Shown here piece by piece: positions 41,001 to 56,291 of a stretch of 64,000 bases of DNA. The stretch's first letter is position 1; every line of letters begins with the position of its first letter. The position numbers were made by a program, and so were the translations under genes. The notes below the pieces were generated by a model. That model ran no database searches. It saw nothing but the letters and a program-made list of their open reading frames with translations, and was not told where the DNA came from. Source of the stretch: the human T2T-CHM13v2.0 reference genome, Homo sapiens; NCBI RefSeq assembly GCF_009914755.1, contig NC_060947.1. One strand, written 5' to 3'.

Positions 41001-43434
41001 TGCTGAAAATATCCCTCAAACATGAAGGAGAACTACATTCCCAGGTAAACAAAAGGTGAGGGATTTCATTAATACCAGAACCATCCTACAAGAAATGCTA
41101 AAGACAGTACATCAAACAGAAAGAAAAGGACATTAATGAGCAATAAATAATCACCTGAGGGTACAAAACTTAATGGTAATAGTGAGTACACAGAAAAACA
41201 GAATATTTTATCACTGTAACTGTGACGTGTAAACTACTCTTACACTAAATAGAAAGATTAAATGATGAACTATTCGAATGTAATAACTACAAAAACATTT
41301 CAAAGCACAGTCAGTAAATTTACTTATAAATAGTAATGACAAAAGGTAAAACAGCAGGGGGATGAAGTTAACGTGAGGTTTATTAGTTTTCCTCTTGCTT
41401 GCTTTTTGTTTACACAAAAGGCATTAAGTTGTTATCAGGTTAAAATAATGGGTTATAAGTTAATATTTGCACGCCTCATGAGAACTTCAAATCAAAAAAC
41501 AGACAATGGATGCACAATAAATAAAAAGAAACTAAATCGCATTACCAGATAAAATTATTTTCACAGGACGAAGACAGGAATGAGACTGAAAATAACAGGG
41601 TGGAAAAATATATTCCATGCCAATGGAAAACAAAAAAGAGCAGGAGTCGTTATACTTATATTAGACATAACAGATTTGAAGAAAAAAAAACTATTTGAAG
41701 AGACAAAGGTCACCCTATAATGACAAAAGTGTCAATTCAGCAGAGGAAATAAAAAATTTAATTATATATGCACTCAATACCAGAGCATCCAGATACACAA
41801 AGGAAATATTATTAGAACTAAAGAGGGAGATAGGCCCCAATACAATAATATATGAAGACTTCAACAGCCAAGTTTCAACATCTGACATATTTCCAGACAG
41901 AAAAACAACAAAATCAGTCTTAATCTGCACTGTATATCAAATGGATCTAGTAGATATTTAGAGAACATTTTATCCAAGAGTTACAGAATACACATTCGTT
42001 TTCTTAGTCCAAAGACCATTCTCAAGAATAGACCATAAGTTAGGTCACAAAACAAGTCTTAAAACATAGAAAAAAGTTAAAATAATATCAAGTATCTTCT
42101 CTGACCACAGTGGAATAAAACTTGAAATTAACAACAGGAAGAATTTTAGAAACTATACAAACACATGAAAATTAAACAATATGCTCCTGAATGACTAGTG
42201 GGTAAATGAAGAAATTGAGAAGAAAACTGAAAAATTTTTTGAAACTAAAGATAATGAAAACACAACACATCATAACCTATGGGATACAGCAAAAACAGTA
42301 CTCAGAGAGAAGGTTATAGCCATAAGTTCCTACATCAAAAAAGGGGCAAAAACTTCAAATAAACAATCTAAAAATGTACCTTAAAGAAATAGAAAAGCAA
42401 GAACAAATCAAAGCCAATATTAGTAGACAAAAAATATAAATATCAGAGCACAAATAAATAAAACAGAAACGAGAAAACATGAAAGATACAAAAACCAAAA
42501 AGTTACCTTTTTGACAAGAAAAACAAAATTGACATACCTTTAACCAGACTAAGAAAAAAAGAGAAGATCTGAATAACTAAAATCAGAAATGAAAAATGAG
42601 ACAATACAGCTGATAAGCAGAAATTATAAGGATTATTAGTGACTACTCTGAGTATATGTTAATACGTTGGAAAATCTAGAATAAATGGACAAATTCCTAG
42701 GTATAGACAACCTGCCATGATAGAACCAGAAAGAAATGCAAAACGTGAACAGACCAATGACAAGTAACAAGATCAAAGCCATAAGTAAACATCTTACAGT
42801 AAAGAAAAACTGGGACCTAATGTCTTCACTACTGAATTTTACCAAACATTTAAAGAAGAACTAATACCAATCCTACTGAAACAATTCAAAAAACAATTCA
42901 AAAAACAATTCAAAAAAAAAAAAAAAAAAACTAATTCTACAAGGCCAGGATTATCCTGACACTAAAACCAGACAAAGACACATCAAAGATAGAAACCTAC
43001 AGGCCAAAATCTCTGATGAATATTGATGCCAAAATCCTGAACCAAATACTAGCAAACCAAATTCAACAATACTTTAGTAACTTTATTCATCAAGACAAAG
43101 AGGAATTTATCCCTGAGATGCAAGGACGGTTTAATATATGCAAATAAATCAATGCAATATATCATATCAATTGATGCTGAAAGAGTATCAGATTAAATTT
43201 AACATCCATTTATGATATAAATGCTCAAAAACCGAGGTATAGAAGGAACATATGCAACATAATCAAAACCATATATGACAGACTCACAGCTAGTATCATA
43301 GCGATTGGAATAAAAAACTGCAAGTCTTTCTCTAAGGTCTGGAAGATGACAAGAATGCCCATTGTCACCACCGTTTTTCAACCGAGTACTGGAAGTCCTA
43401 GCTAGAGCATTCAGACAAAAGAATGATATAAAAG

Positions 43435-43684
43435 TGTATTGGTCTGTTTTCACATTGCTATAAAGAGCTACCTGAGACTGGGTAATTTATAAAGAAAAGC
43501 AGTTTAATTGCCTCACAGTTCCATAGGCTGGACAAGAAGCATGGCAGAGGAGGCCTCTGGTAACTTACAATCATGGCTGAAGATGAAGGGAAAGCTGGTA
43601 CATCCTACATGGCTGGAGCAGAAGGAAAACAGAGTGAGGGGGTGTTGCTACACACATTTAAACAACCAGATCTCATGAGAACTC
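43435..43684 (-). mobile_element. MSTA LTR, truncated
   Basis: tgtattggtctgttttcacattgctataaag...aaacaaccagatctcatgagaactc. Confidence 0.88.
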
Positions 43685-44429
43685 GTTGCAGATGATATGA
43701 TATTATATTTGGAAAAACCTAAAACTCCACAAGAAAACTCTTAAAACTTATAAACAAATTGAGTTAAGTTGTGGGATACTAACTCAACATACATAAATCA
43801 CTAGCATTTCTATATGCCAACAGTGAACAATGTGAAGAAGAAATAAAAGGAGTAATCCAATTTATAGTAGCCATACAGAAAATTAAATACCTAGAAATTA
43901 ACCAAAGATGTGAAATATCTCTCTGATGGAAACAAAGAAAATTAAAGAGGACACAAAAAAATGGAAAAATATTCTATGCTAATGGATTGGAAGAATCAAT
44001 AATGTTAAAAATGTCCATACTACCCAAAGGAATCTACACATTCAATGCATGAAATCGCCATCAAAATACCATTACCATTTCTTCATAGAAGACCCAGAAT
44101 AATCAACGCTATCCAAGGCAAAAAGAACAAAACTGGAGGAATCGCATTACCTGACTTCAAATTATATTACAGAGACATAGTAACCAAAATAGCCTGGTAC
44201 TGCCATAAAAATAGACACGTAGACCTATGGTACAGAATAGAGAACTCAGAAACAAACTCACACATGTACAGTGAAGTCATTTATTACAAAGATGCCAAGA
44301 ACATATACTGGGAAAAAGACAGTCTCTTCAGTAAATGGAGGGGCTGGGAGAACTGAATATTTATATGCAAAAGAATGAAACTCCAACCCTATCTCTTACC
44401 ATGTACAAAAATTAAATCAAAATGGATTA

Positions 44430-44665
<236 letters not shown>

Positions 44666-45242
44666 TCACCAGGATATTGGCCTGGGTAAACATGTCTTGA
44701 GCAACACCCCACTAGCACAGGCAATCAAAGCAAACATGGACAAATGTAATCTCATCAAGTTAAAAAGCTTCTGCACAGCTAAGGGTGAAATCAACAAAGT
44801 GAAGAGACAACCCACAAAATGGAAGAAAACATTTGCAAGCTACCCCTCTGACAAGAAATTAATACACAGAATATATAATGAGCTCAAACAACGCTATAGG
44901 AAAATAAATCTAATAATTCGATCTAAAATGAATAAAATATTTGAATAGACCTTTCTCAAAACAAGACATACAAATGGAAAACAGGTATATAAAAATGTTT
45001 AACATCACTAATCATTGGAGAAATGAAAATCAAAACTACAATGAGATATTATCTCACCCTAATTAAGGTGGCTTATATCCAAAAGACAGGCAATAAAAAA
45101 TACTGGTGAGGATTTAGAGAAGAGGCAACACTTGTACACTGTTGGTGGGAATGTAAGTTAGTTCAGCCTAACTTGGAGAACTGTTTGGAGGTTCCTCAAA
45201 AATCTAAAAATTGAGCTACCATATGATCCAGCAGTCTTACTG

Positions 45243-45728
45243 TGAGGGAAGAGAGAGACCCTCTCATATTGTTTTATATTGTTTTATACTCAGTACCTGT
45301 TTTAAAAAAAACAACAAGGAAGTAAAACCAAAGACAGGCAGCCCGGCGCCAGCCCCGAAACCAAGCCTGGGCCTGCCTGGCCTAAACCCAGTAGTTAAAA
45401 ATCAACTCATAACTTAAAAACCGATGTTATTCATAGATTCCAGACATTGTATAGAAGAACATTGTGAAACTCCCTGCCCTGTTCTGTTTCTCTCTGACCA
45501 CCAGTGCATGCAGCCCCTGTCACATGCCCCTTGCTTGCTCAAATCAATCATGACCCTTTCATGTGAAAGGTTGGGCTTAGAGTTGTGAGCCCTTAAAAGG
45601 GACAGGAACTGCTCGTTCCGGGAGCTCGGATTTTAAGGCAGTAGCTTGCCGATGCTCCCAGCTGAATAAAGCCCTTCCTTCTACAACTCGGTGTCTGAGA
45701 GGTTTTGTCTGCGGCTCATCCTGCTACA
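45243..45728 (+). mobile_element. LTR2B-like (HERV-E/Harlequin) solo LTR
   Basis: tgagggaagagagagaccctctc...aataaagccc...cctgctaca; 4-bp TSD ACTG at 45239-45242 and 45729-45732. Confidence 0.88.
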
Positions 45729-46499
45729 ACTGATGGATATATACCCAAAATAAAGGAAACTCGTATATCAAAGAGATATCTGTACTCCAATGTTTATTGC
45801 AGCACTGTTTACAATAGCTAAGATTTTGAAGCAACCTAAGGGTCCATTAACAGGTGAATGGATTACGAAAATATGGTACACATACACGATGATGTTCTAT
45901 TCAGCCATAAAATTGAATGAGATCCAGTCATTTGCAACAACATGGACGGAAGTGGAGATTGTTATGTTACGTGAAGTAAGCCAGGAACAGAGAGACACGC
46001 ATTACATGTTCTCACTTATTTGTGGGATTTAAAAATCAAAACAATTGAACTCCTCGTAATAGAGAGTAAAAGGATGGTTACCAGAAGCTTTTATTGTTAG
46101 TGGGGTTTTGTGGGGCGGGGGGGATAGTTACTGGTTATAAAAACATAGAAAAATGAATAGGACCTACTATTTGATAGCACAATAGGGTGACGATAGTAAA
46201 TAATAACTTGATCATATATTTTAAAGTAACTTAAATAATGTAATTGGACTATTTGTAACTCAAAGAATAAATGTTTGAGTTGATGAGTAGATACCCCATT
46301 CTTTATGATGTGTTCATGTATTCATAAATAAATGTATGCACCTGCTACATACCCACAAAAATTTTAAGATAATAAAAATATTTAAAAAGTAAAAAGTAGA
46401 AAAAATATAAAGAATTGTTTACTGTTTTTTTTCCCATGAAAATCTCATATATGCCTTGTTGATATAATCACCTGTATGCAAGGCCTATGAGCCATTCTT

Positions 46500-46780
46500 T
46501 TACTTTCCTATTCCCTACTGTTTTCATTGTTCTTTCTTCCTCTTAAGCACAACAGGCACACTTCTACCCCAGGATGTTTGTAATTGTGATCTCCTCTTCC
46601 TGGAATCCCTTTGCTTCAGACATCTGCATAGATCATGCTTGTACATCTTGCAGGTTTGTGTTCAAAAGTCACTGTATGAGTGCGGCCTTCACTGACCACC
46701 CAGTTTAAAATATTTTTATTCCAGAATTTTCTATCTCCCTTTCTTTCATTTTATTTTTATGGTTCTCATCAGTCACCATT
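46500..46780 (+). mobile_element. L2a fragment
   Basis: cctcttcctggaat...ggccttcactgaccaccc. Confidence 0.7.
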
Positions 46781-47773
46781 ATCTATTCAAAACACAGGTT
46801 TTGCCCCATAATTTTTAAGTTTTTGTAATAGATATAAATATATCTAGGAGCGGTCTGCATTGATTTGGGGATGAAAGCATTGTTAACAGTAAGTGGAGAC
46901 AGAGGATGAAATAAATACAGTCCACACTTCAAATGGCTTCCAAATCACTGCTACCCAAAAGAATGAATGCTACATTTTTTTCACTCTCATTTAGATAAAC
47001 TAGCAGATACTTAGAGAACAGAGAGTCTAAAATGCAAATTTCTACTATTGTAAGTTAGATTGTGCTTTATGGCTGAACCAAGTGCATAAGCAATCATTAA
47101 TGTCTGCCCAAGACATGCCCACGACTAAGCTTATAGTACTCAGTCAGCTAGTAAGGAATAGGTTAACATTAGTTGAGGATGTTACTACATTATTATACAA
47201 ATATATATTCATTTAGTGGTTGCTTGAAAACTTTACCTTTAAACAAGGTAAAGCTTATTTATTTGTATATACATTTTATATTTATAGATACATTTACATA
47301 AAATGTATAAATATGTTTATATATACATTTATTTATGTATTCACTGGCGTAACATCTATTTGCAATATTAAACACTGAGATGTGAAAAAATTTCCTTATC
47401 ATAACTGGCAGCCCAAGAAAAAAAGATCTAATGCAGAAAAAGCTCTACCAGATTTAGAAAGTGTGAATTCTTTCAGTATCTTCTGATCAATATTAATGTC
47501 AAAACAGATTCTTCTGAGAAAATTCATCTTTGCTCATATTAAGCAATATTTATTACAAACATAGATCAGGAAAAATGCTCAGGTCTTGAATCTTGCCAAA
47601 TGAAGATGGAAGCACAATTGCAATGGCGGACAATAAACAATAATGATAAGACTGAACACCTCTTGCTGAATGCCTGCTATGTGCCAGGTATGGTGTTAGA
47701 AACTAAGAAACAATCTCTCATGCAATCTTCAAACAACTCTGGAAAGTAGGTACCATTTTTCACCATATTATTA

Positions 47774-48413
47774 TTTTATTATTATTATTATTTATTATTA
47801 TTCTTTGAGTTTTAGGGTACATGTGCACAATGTGCAGGTTTGTTACATATGTATACATGTGCCATGCTGGTGTGCTGCACCCATTAACTCGTCATTTAGT
47901 ATTAGGTATATCTCCTAATGCTATCCCTCTCCCCTCCCCCCACCCCACAACAGTCCCCAGAGTGTGATGTTCCCCTTCCTGTGTCCATGTGTTCTCATTG
48001 TTCCATTCCCACCTATGAGTGAGAACATGCGGTGTTTGGTTTTTTGTCCTTGTGATAGTTTACTGAGAACGATGATTTCCAATTTCATCCATGTCCCTAC
48101 AAAGACATGAACTCATCATTTTTTATGGCTGCATAGTATTCCATGCTGTATATGTGCCACATTTTCTTAATCCAGTCTATCATTGTTGGACATTTGGATT
48201 GGTTCCAAGTCTTTGCTATTGTGAATAGTGCCGCAATAAACATACGTGTGCATGTGTCTTTATAGCAGCATGATTTATAGTCCTTTGGGTATATACCCAG
48301 TAATGGGATGGCTGGGTCAAATGGTATTTCTAGGTCTAGATCCCTGAGGAATCGCCACACTGACTTCCACAATGGTTGAACCAGTTTACAGTCCCACCAA
48401 CAGTGTAAAAGTG
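47774..48413 (-). mobile_element. L1PA3/4 3' end, 5'-truncated
   Basis: Low-divergence ORF2 C-terminus (IPFDPAIPLLGIYPKDYKSCCYKDTCTRMF); TSD TTCACCATATTATTA at 47759-47773 and 48414-48428. Confidence 0.95.
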
Positions 48414-48503
48414 TTCACCATATTATTAAGGAACTTGAAACTCAGAAATATGAAGTGACATACCTAAAATCACAGTCATGTGACAGTAAAAAGAGTTGCT
48501 GGG

Positions 48504-48881
48504 TGTATTAGTTCATCCTCACACTGCAAATAAAGACATACCCAAGACTGGATAATTTATAAAGGAGAGAGGTTTAATTGACTCACAGTTCAGCATGGCT
48601 GGGGAGGCCTCAAGAAACTTAAAATCATGGCGGAAGGGGAAGCAAACACAACCTTCATCACATGATGACAGGAAGGAGAAGTGCCAAGCAAAAAGGGAAA
48701 AGCCTCTTATAAAACCATCAGATCTCATGAGAACTCACTCACCATAATGAGAAGAGCCAGCATGGGGTAACCACAGCCATGATTCACTTACCTCCTACCA
48801 GGTCCTTCCCATGACACGTGGGGATTAATGGAACTACAATTCAAGATGAGACTTGGGTTGGAACACAGCCAAACCATATCA
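48504..48881 (-). mobile_element. THE1C-like solo LTR
   Basis: tgtattagt...acagccaaaccatatca; TSD CTGGG at 48499-48503 and 48882-48886. Confidence 0.9.
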
Positions 48882-50981
48882 CTGGGATTCCAACCCAGAG
48901 GTCTGGATTCAAAAACTAAGCACTTTAGTCTACATTATCTTCTAGGATACATTAAGGGGTCAGGAAACTGAGACCATTTGGAACTATAAAATAAAAATGA
49001 TAGCATCATAGTTGCATACCTAGGACCACATTCTTTCCTGTAGGCCTTACTATCTAATAAGTCCATTGAGAGGTAATGTGGAGAAGGTAGCTAGAAAAGT
49101 GGAATAATTTTTTATTTGTATAGATTCCTAGAGTTTATAAAGCATTATTTAACACGTTAGCTTGTTGGATTCTTATTATAATGGCAGGTGTCAATTCCAT
49201 TTTCCAATTAAGTGAAGTGAGGTTCAGAGAGATTAAGGTATTTTTCTGGAGCCATTTAGAAGCAAGAACTCAAACCCAAACCCCATGTTTCTAAAATAAT
49301 AAATAAATAATAAAAATTATTATTTTTTTTTTACTGTCTGGTGCTCAGTTGTTCAGCTCCCTCAAAAATACATAAGATGCTATCTATTTAGAAATATACT
49401 TTAAACCTTTAAATTATTAAGATGGTTAAATCATTTAAAATGCTTATTTTGTGTACATAAAATTAATTTCTATTCCTTTCAAATAAAACCATGTATGTAT
49501 ATAAATGTATGTTTACATATATGTATGTATATTAGTGCTTGCCAAAGATTCTTGAATCAAAGGGAACGTTTATAGTTTTCTGTTTTAACCCTGTTAAGTT
49601 TTAGCAGTGATAGTAGGAGAATTCAATAAAATGAGAATAAAATGTAACAATCTACTCTGCAAATTTGAAACACATCTCCTTATTTTTAAAATGCAGTTAT
49701 AAAAAGCATTAATTTAAATCTGCAATATGTGGCACGCATTAGGAATAATACATGTTTGATCATTAAAATGGCATATTTTATTATTCCATTTTGATTTCTA
49801 TTTTATTATTTTTTGCCTGTGGTTAGCAAAATGTCATTATGTTATCTCTAGGCAATTGTTCCTGCTTTGAAGAGAAGATGAGGTTGCTTTTTGATACATT
49901 CATATGTCTTTGAAATAGCTACCTTATATTCACTCAATCTTGACATCTAGATCACAGTACCTATAATGTAGTGTAATATCTTTAGAAGGTTTATAAATAA
50001 ATGGTTGCTAAGGTTATGAAAATTAAAAAAAAGATAAACAAGAGACCATAGTAGTGGCAGATTTCAGTGACATACTACATTTATATTTTCCTATATTTCA
50101 TGTTATAGAAAAATGTGTTATAATTTGTTGAATTCTGTTTTTCATTTCAGTAGGCATAAGAAACAATATGTTTAATTACAGTCAATGTCTCATTTTATGT
50201 TTCATTATTTTTCTGCCTAATTTATCATTTTATCTTGCTCATTACAACTTTCTGTTCACTTTTGATTACAGATGTGGAAACTGTGAGTTCTGCAGTGTCC
50301 TCTGAAAAATATTAATATAAAAAAATTCCTCTGAGCAGGACCACTTTAGGTTATACTGAGTAGTATTTATTATGTGGAACCATCTTGTTAAATTGATAGT
50401 TAACAGCAAACTATTTTCTGATTGTGTTCTATTAGGACTAATTTAAAACAAAAGTATAACTCTGATCTTAGGATAATTTAATGTTCTCCTGCTATTTCCA
50501 TGGATTTATGGCTATTTTCTCTAGTGAAATTTTCTGTATTGAAAAAAAGCATCATTTTTTTTTCTAGTGGGTATATATGCTACAAGGTGAGAGACTGGCT
50601 TTGCATTTTCAAACAATATTGAAATAAAATGTATAAACAATGACAAATGAAATTTAAATATAGAATCATGCACGAATACAGTATTTAAGGAAAAGGGTAT
50701 TCATTCTCAATGATCCTGATAGTTTTATAGAAGTATAATCAAATGTATATCCTGGTTCTGCTTTTAGTTAGTTGGGTGACTGTGGGTGAGTCACTTCACT
50801 GTTTCTAGACCTCTTTTTGTTATCTGAAACATAAAGAATTTGGCCTTCATATAAACTAATGCTCTTACCATTTGTGCATTTTATTTGGTCACTTAATCTC
50901 AATTTCTATAGGTGGATTAGAACAGGAAAACAAAGAAGACACAGCTTTCCATGTAGAACAGGTTCAAAAAACATATTTGTT

Positions 50982-51770
<789 letters not shown>

Positions 51771-52669
51771 AGGCACGTAAGCCGAACTTTACAGCTGTAT
51801 CATCTTGCCTCTGTGATAATTTAGATGTGTTTATTGTGGCCTTTATATATCTTGACCTCACTAAAAGTCTGTTTTGAATATTTTGTCTTCCTCATGGACA
51901 AATATATGAACTGAGTCTATACCATATGGTCTTTTCAGTATCTCTAAAATGTGAACATTTCTGAAGCATTCTTCTCACATGATCCTTTCACTTTTTTTTT
52001 TTTTCAGAACCTGTTTGCTCATTCTTTTCTCATTTGCTTCCTGTAATTTGAATATATGTATCTAGGACTTTCTTTTAAATTTTTCTTTTTTTAACCATTC
52101 CACTTTTTCCTCCAGTCACTTCTGTGGCTTAAGGATACTTGTAAATATGTATTTCACATCCCAAAACAATATATTTATTTCTATTTTCCCATCTGTCAGG
52201 ATTTTATATGTACACATATTGGAAAGTTGTTGGGCCTCTTTGTGGCCCAGTTGCAGGCTATGGGACAGCGAAAACCCTCAGAAGAATTAGTTGATCCTGT
52301 GAGAAAACAATGTGCCTAAAATGGGATTAGTTGAGAACCTCTAATTGACAATCACCCTCCCTTTAGTGTTCCAAGAAATGTATTTAACTGAGTGCTGTGA
52401 TTGTTGGTGGCTAATCAACAAAGGAAGGCTCTTCATAGCCCAAGCCCCATTATAAAACATAGTTATTATCATTTGGTTTACATATTTTCATTTTCATTTT
52501 ATCTGAGCTTGCATATCCTTACTGTCACAATTTACCTTGTCAGTCACTAACCAGTGTGTTCCTCCATCAAGTATGTGGCCACCAGGTAAACCTTTTCTAA
52601 TTTAATTCTATTTAACCTAATGATGATGTTTTAAATAAAAGAAAGAAATATTTTAAAGAAAGTATAAAA

Positions 52670-53290
52670 GCATGTGTTAGAGAAATATAACAGAAAATAA
52701 ATATAATATTAAATAATATAGGAGAGACTGTGAGTAAATATAGAAGGATTGTGAGTGAAAAGTGATAGAATGTGAGTTAATAAAGAAACATAACACAAGG
52801 AGTGAGAAAATAAAAAATAAGAATAAAGCATAATCTTCAATACTGTAAGAAAGTAAAAATGAGTACAAGCAATGAGCCTGAGAAAATAAATATATAAATA
52901 TGAGAAATAGAAAAAGTTAATATGTAAAAATAAAATAATATGAAATAAAGTTTAATGTGGAAGGGATGAGACACTAAAATGAAATTTGATAATGAAAAAC
53001 AATGAAAGAATAAGAGAAATATAGAGAATATGCTGACAATGTGAGATTAAAAATGCAAATAACAAAGTATGAGAACATTTATGCAGAAAAAGTAAGAAAA
53101 TAAGTAGAGTATGAAATAAACTAAGGGGCCATGGTAAAAAGAAAATAAGACTGTGAGATAATATCAGAATGGGGACAAGGATGAGAAAATAGCGTGGGTG
53201 AGAAATGAGACAAAAATAAAAGAATGAGAAACATGAGGAAGTGAGAGATTAAAGAAGAGAATGAGAACACAGACAAATGAGAACACTTTC
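52670..53290. repeat. Purine-rich degenerate tandem repeat with recurring TGAG(A)
   Basis: More than 20 TGAG/TGAA cores separated by A-rich spacers; C-poor. Confidence 0.6.
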
Positions 53291-53934
53291 TTGAGTTCTC
53301 TTCATATTTGAACTGAGAAGGGGAAGGCTAATTCAGGTGGCTCTGGAAACGAACTCAGGGGCACCAACCAAAAGAGGGCCGGACAGGGTGCGGTGAGGGT
53401 CAAGAGCTGAGCTGCTGCTGGGCCAGTTCCCAGGCATCCTGGAACCAGGTAGAATAGGCATCTGGGCAGGGTGCTACAGAGGCTCCAGAGTACCAGGAGG
53501 GAAGAGAGTGGGCAGAGTGAGGCAGAGCAGAGAAAAATTTGCCACTGCTCTGGAGTCTGGAATTTTAGCTTAGCAAAGGTGAGTGAGGGTGGGGGTTGGG
53601 GACATGAGGTGGTATAATTACTTATTTTCTTGACTGTAAGGTTTACATTTGCTATAATCTGCTAACCTCTAGAGTCTGGCAATTTGAGCAGTAGAGATCC
53701 ATTATAATTTTTTTACCTTTACCATGCAGTTGATTTGTTTGCTATATTTTAGCTAATTGATCAGCAAAAAGGCTTTCTACTTTGTAATCCCCTATCTAGC
53801 CTCATCACTTCCTATAATGAAGTGAGAAGCACTGTTGTAACATAGACAGGGTTGTTTTAGACACTCTGGGACTCCTGTCACCAGGAAGAACATTTACCTT
53901 CAGTGCAAACAGGCTTGATAAACTCAAGATTTAT

Positions 53935-55467
53935 TAAGGGTATCCAAATTGGAAAGGAAAAAGTCAAATTATATTTAGAGAAACCTGAAGACTGTACCAA
54001 AAAAACCTGGTAGAACTGATAAACAAAGGCAGTAAAGTTGCAAAATACAAAATCAACAAACAAAAAATCCATAAATAGCAAACAATCTGAAAAAGAAATC
54101 AGGAATGCAATTTCATTTAAACCCGCTACAAAAATATTTAGAAAATAAATTAAAGAGGTAAAATATATCTGTAATGGGAACTATAAAACACTGATGAAAA
54201 TAATTGAAGAGGACATACACAAAAAAATAGATCTCATGCTCATAGATTTGAAGAAGTAATATTGTGAAAATGTCCACAGAACGCACAGTGATCTGCAGAT
54301 TCAGTGAAATCCCTCTCAAAATACCAATATCTTTCTTCTAAGATATACAAAACAGCATTCCTAAAATGCGTATGGAATCACGAAAAATCCAAAATAGCCA
54401 AAGTAGTCTTGACCAAAAAGATCAAAGCTGCAGGCATCATACCACCAGATTTTAAAATGTAACAAAAAGCTACAGTAACCAAACAGCATGGTACTGGCAT
54501 AAAAACAGATACATAGACTAATGGAAAAGAATGGAGAACCCAGAAATAAATTCATGTTTTTACAGCCAACTGATTTTTGACAAAAGCACCAAAAATATTC
54601 TTTGGGGGAAAAAAAAGTTTAATAAATGGTGCTAGGAAACTGGATATCTATATGCAGAAGAATGAAATTAGACCCTTTTTTTTTGACCTTATCAAGAATC
54701 AACTCAAAATGGATTAAACACTTGAAATTATGGAACTACAAGGCTTGAAACTTGAACTACAAGCTACAAGACTTGAAACTATGGAACTAGCAGAAGAAAA
54801 CATTTGGGAAATGCTTCAGGACATTGATCAGGGCAATGAGTTTTTGGGTAAAACCTCAAAAGAACAGGCAACAAAAGTGAAAACAGACAAATGGGTTTAT
54901 ATCAAGATAAAATGCTTATGTGCAGCAAAATAAACTATCAACAGAGTGAACAGACAGCCTACAGAATGAGAAAAAGCATTTGCAAACTATAGATCTAACA
55001 AGGGACTAATATTCAGAAGACACAAGACACTCAACTCAACCACAAAAAAAATACACAACCCATTGAAAAAATGTCCAAATGATCTGAATAAACATATCTC
55101 AAAAGAAGACACACAAAAGACCAACAAGTATAATAAAAACAATGCTCAACATCACTAATCATCAGAAAAATACAAACCAAAACCACAATGAGATATCATC
55201 TCACCCTAGTTAAAATGGCTATTTTCAAGAACACGAAAAATAACAGACGCTGGTGAGGACGTGGAGAAAGGAGACTGTTTATACACTGCTGGTGGGAATG
55301 TAAAATTGGTACAGTCACTATGTAAAACAGTATACAATTATTCAAGAAAACTAAAAATAGAACTATTACATGATCCAGCAATCCCACTGTCGGGTGCATA
55401 TTAAAAAAAAAATCAGTATCTCTAAAAGTTAGCTGCACACTCCTGTTTATTGCAGCACTATCCATGA
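53935..55467 (+). mobile_element. L1MA-type ORF2 3' half, missing both ends
   Basis: tccaaattggaaagg...catgatccagcaatcccactg...tgtttattgcagcacta; FADDM codons absent near 53970. Confidence 0.9.
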
Positions 55468-55640
55468 TAAATATGCATGATATTTATATATATAAATATA
55501 TTTTATATAATATTTATATTATATATTATATATTGTATATTTTATGTATAATGTATAATATATAATATAAATATATGTCTATATTATTCATATTTATATA
55601 TTTAAATATATTATATAGATAAAAATATATATTACATAAA

Positions 55641-55690
<50 letters not shown>
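55468..55690. repeat. AT-rich/(TA)n simple repeat
   Basis: Direct reading; ends in (TG)n(TA)n. Confidence 0.95.
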
Positions 55691-55692
<2 letters not shown>

Positions 55693-55958
55693 GTCTATTC
55701 TTGAAAATGCTCCATGGACTAAGAAAATAAATGTGTATTCTGTAGCTCTCAGATAAAATGTTCTCTAAATAACTATTAGAACTATTTGATATACAGTGCA
55801 GATTAAGTCTGATTTTTGTTGTTTTTTTGTCTGGAAGATATGTCTGACGTTCAAACTTGGCTGTTGAAGTCTTCATATATTATTGTATTGGGGCCTATCT
55901 CTCTCTTTAACTCTAATAACATTTTCTTTATATATGTTGGTTCTCTTGTCCTTGATGC

Positions 55959-56291
55959 TGATATGGTTTGGCTGTGTCTCCACCCAAAGTTCATCTTGAA
56001 TTGTAGCTCCCATAATTCCCATGTGTTTTGGGAGAAACCCAGACATAACTGAATCATGGCAGTGGTTTTCCCCATACTGTTCCCGTGGTAGTGAATAAGT
56101 CTCACGAGATCTGATGATTTTATAAGGGAAACACTTTAGGCTTCATTCTCATTTTCTCTTGTCTGGCACCACGTAAGATGTGCCATTCACCTTCCACCTT
56201 GACAGTGAGGCCTCCCCAGTTACGTGGATCTGTAATTCCATTAAACTTCTTTTTCTTTATAAATTACCCAGTCGTGGGTATGTCTATATCA
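55959..56291 (+). mobile_element. THE1B LTR, 3' terminus missing
   Basis: tgatatggtttggctgtgtc...gtgaataagtctcacgagatctgatg. Confidence 0.9.

Larger units (their letters stand above)
47640..48935 (-). mobile_element. MIR split into three pieces by L1PA and THE1 insertions
   Basis: Colinear MIR pieces at about 47640-47773, 48414-48503 and 48882-48935. Confidence 0.75.

Noticed and set aside
42878-42930. (AAACAATTCAAA)x3 plus poly-A inside L1 ORF2
   Set aside because: Ordinary slippage in A-rich L1 sequence
52670-53290. Spaced repeats superficially like a CRISPR array
   Set aside because: Cores are only 4-6 bp, spacers are low-complexity, the context is primate and there are no cas genes
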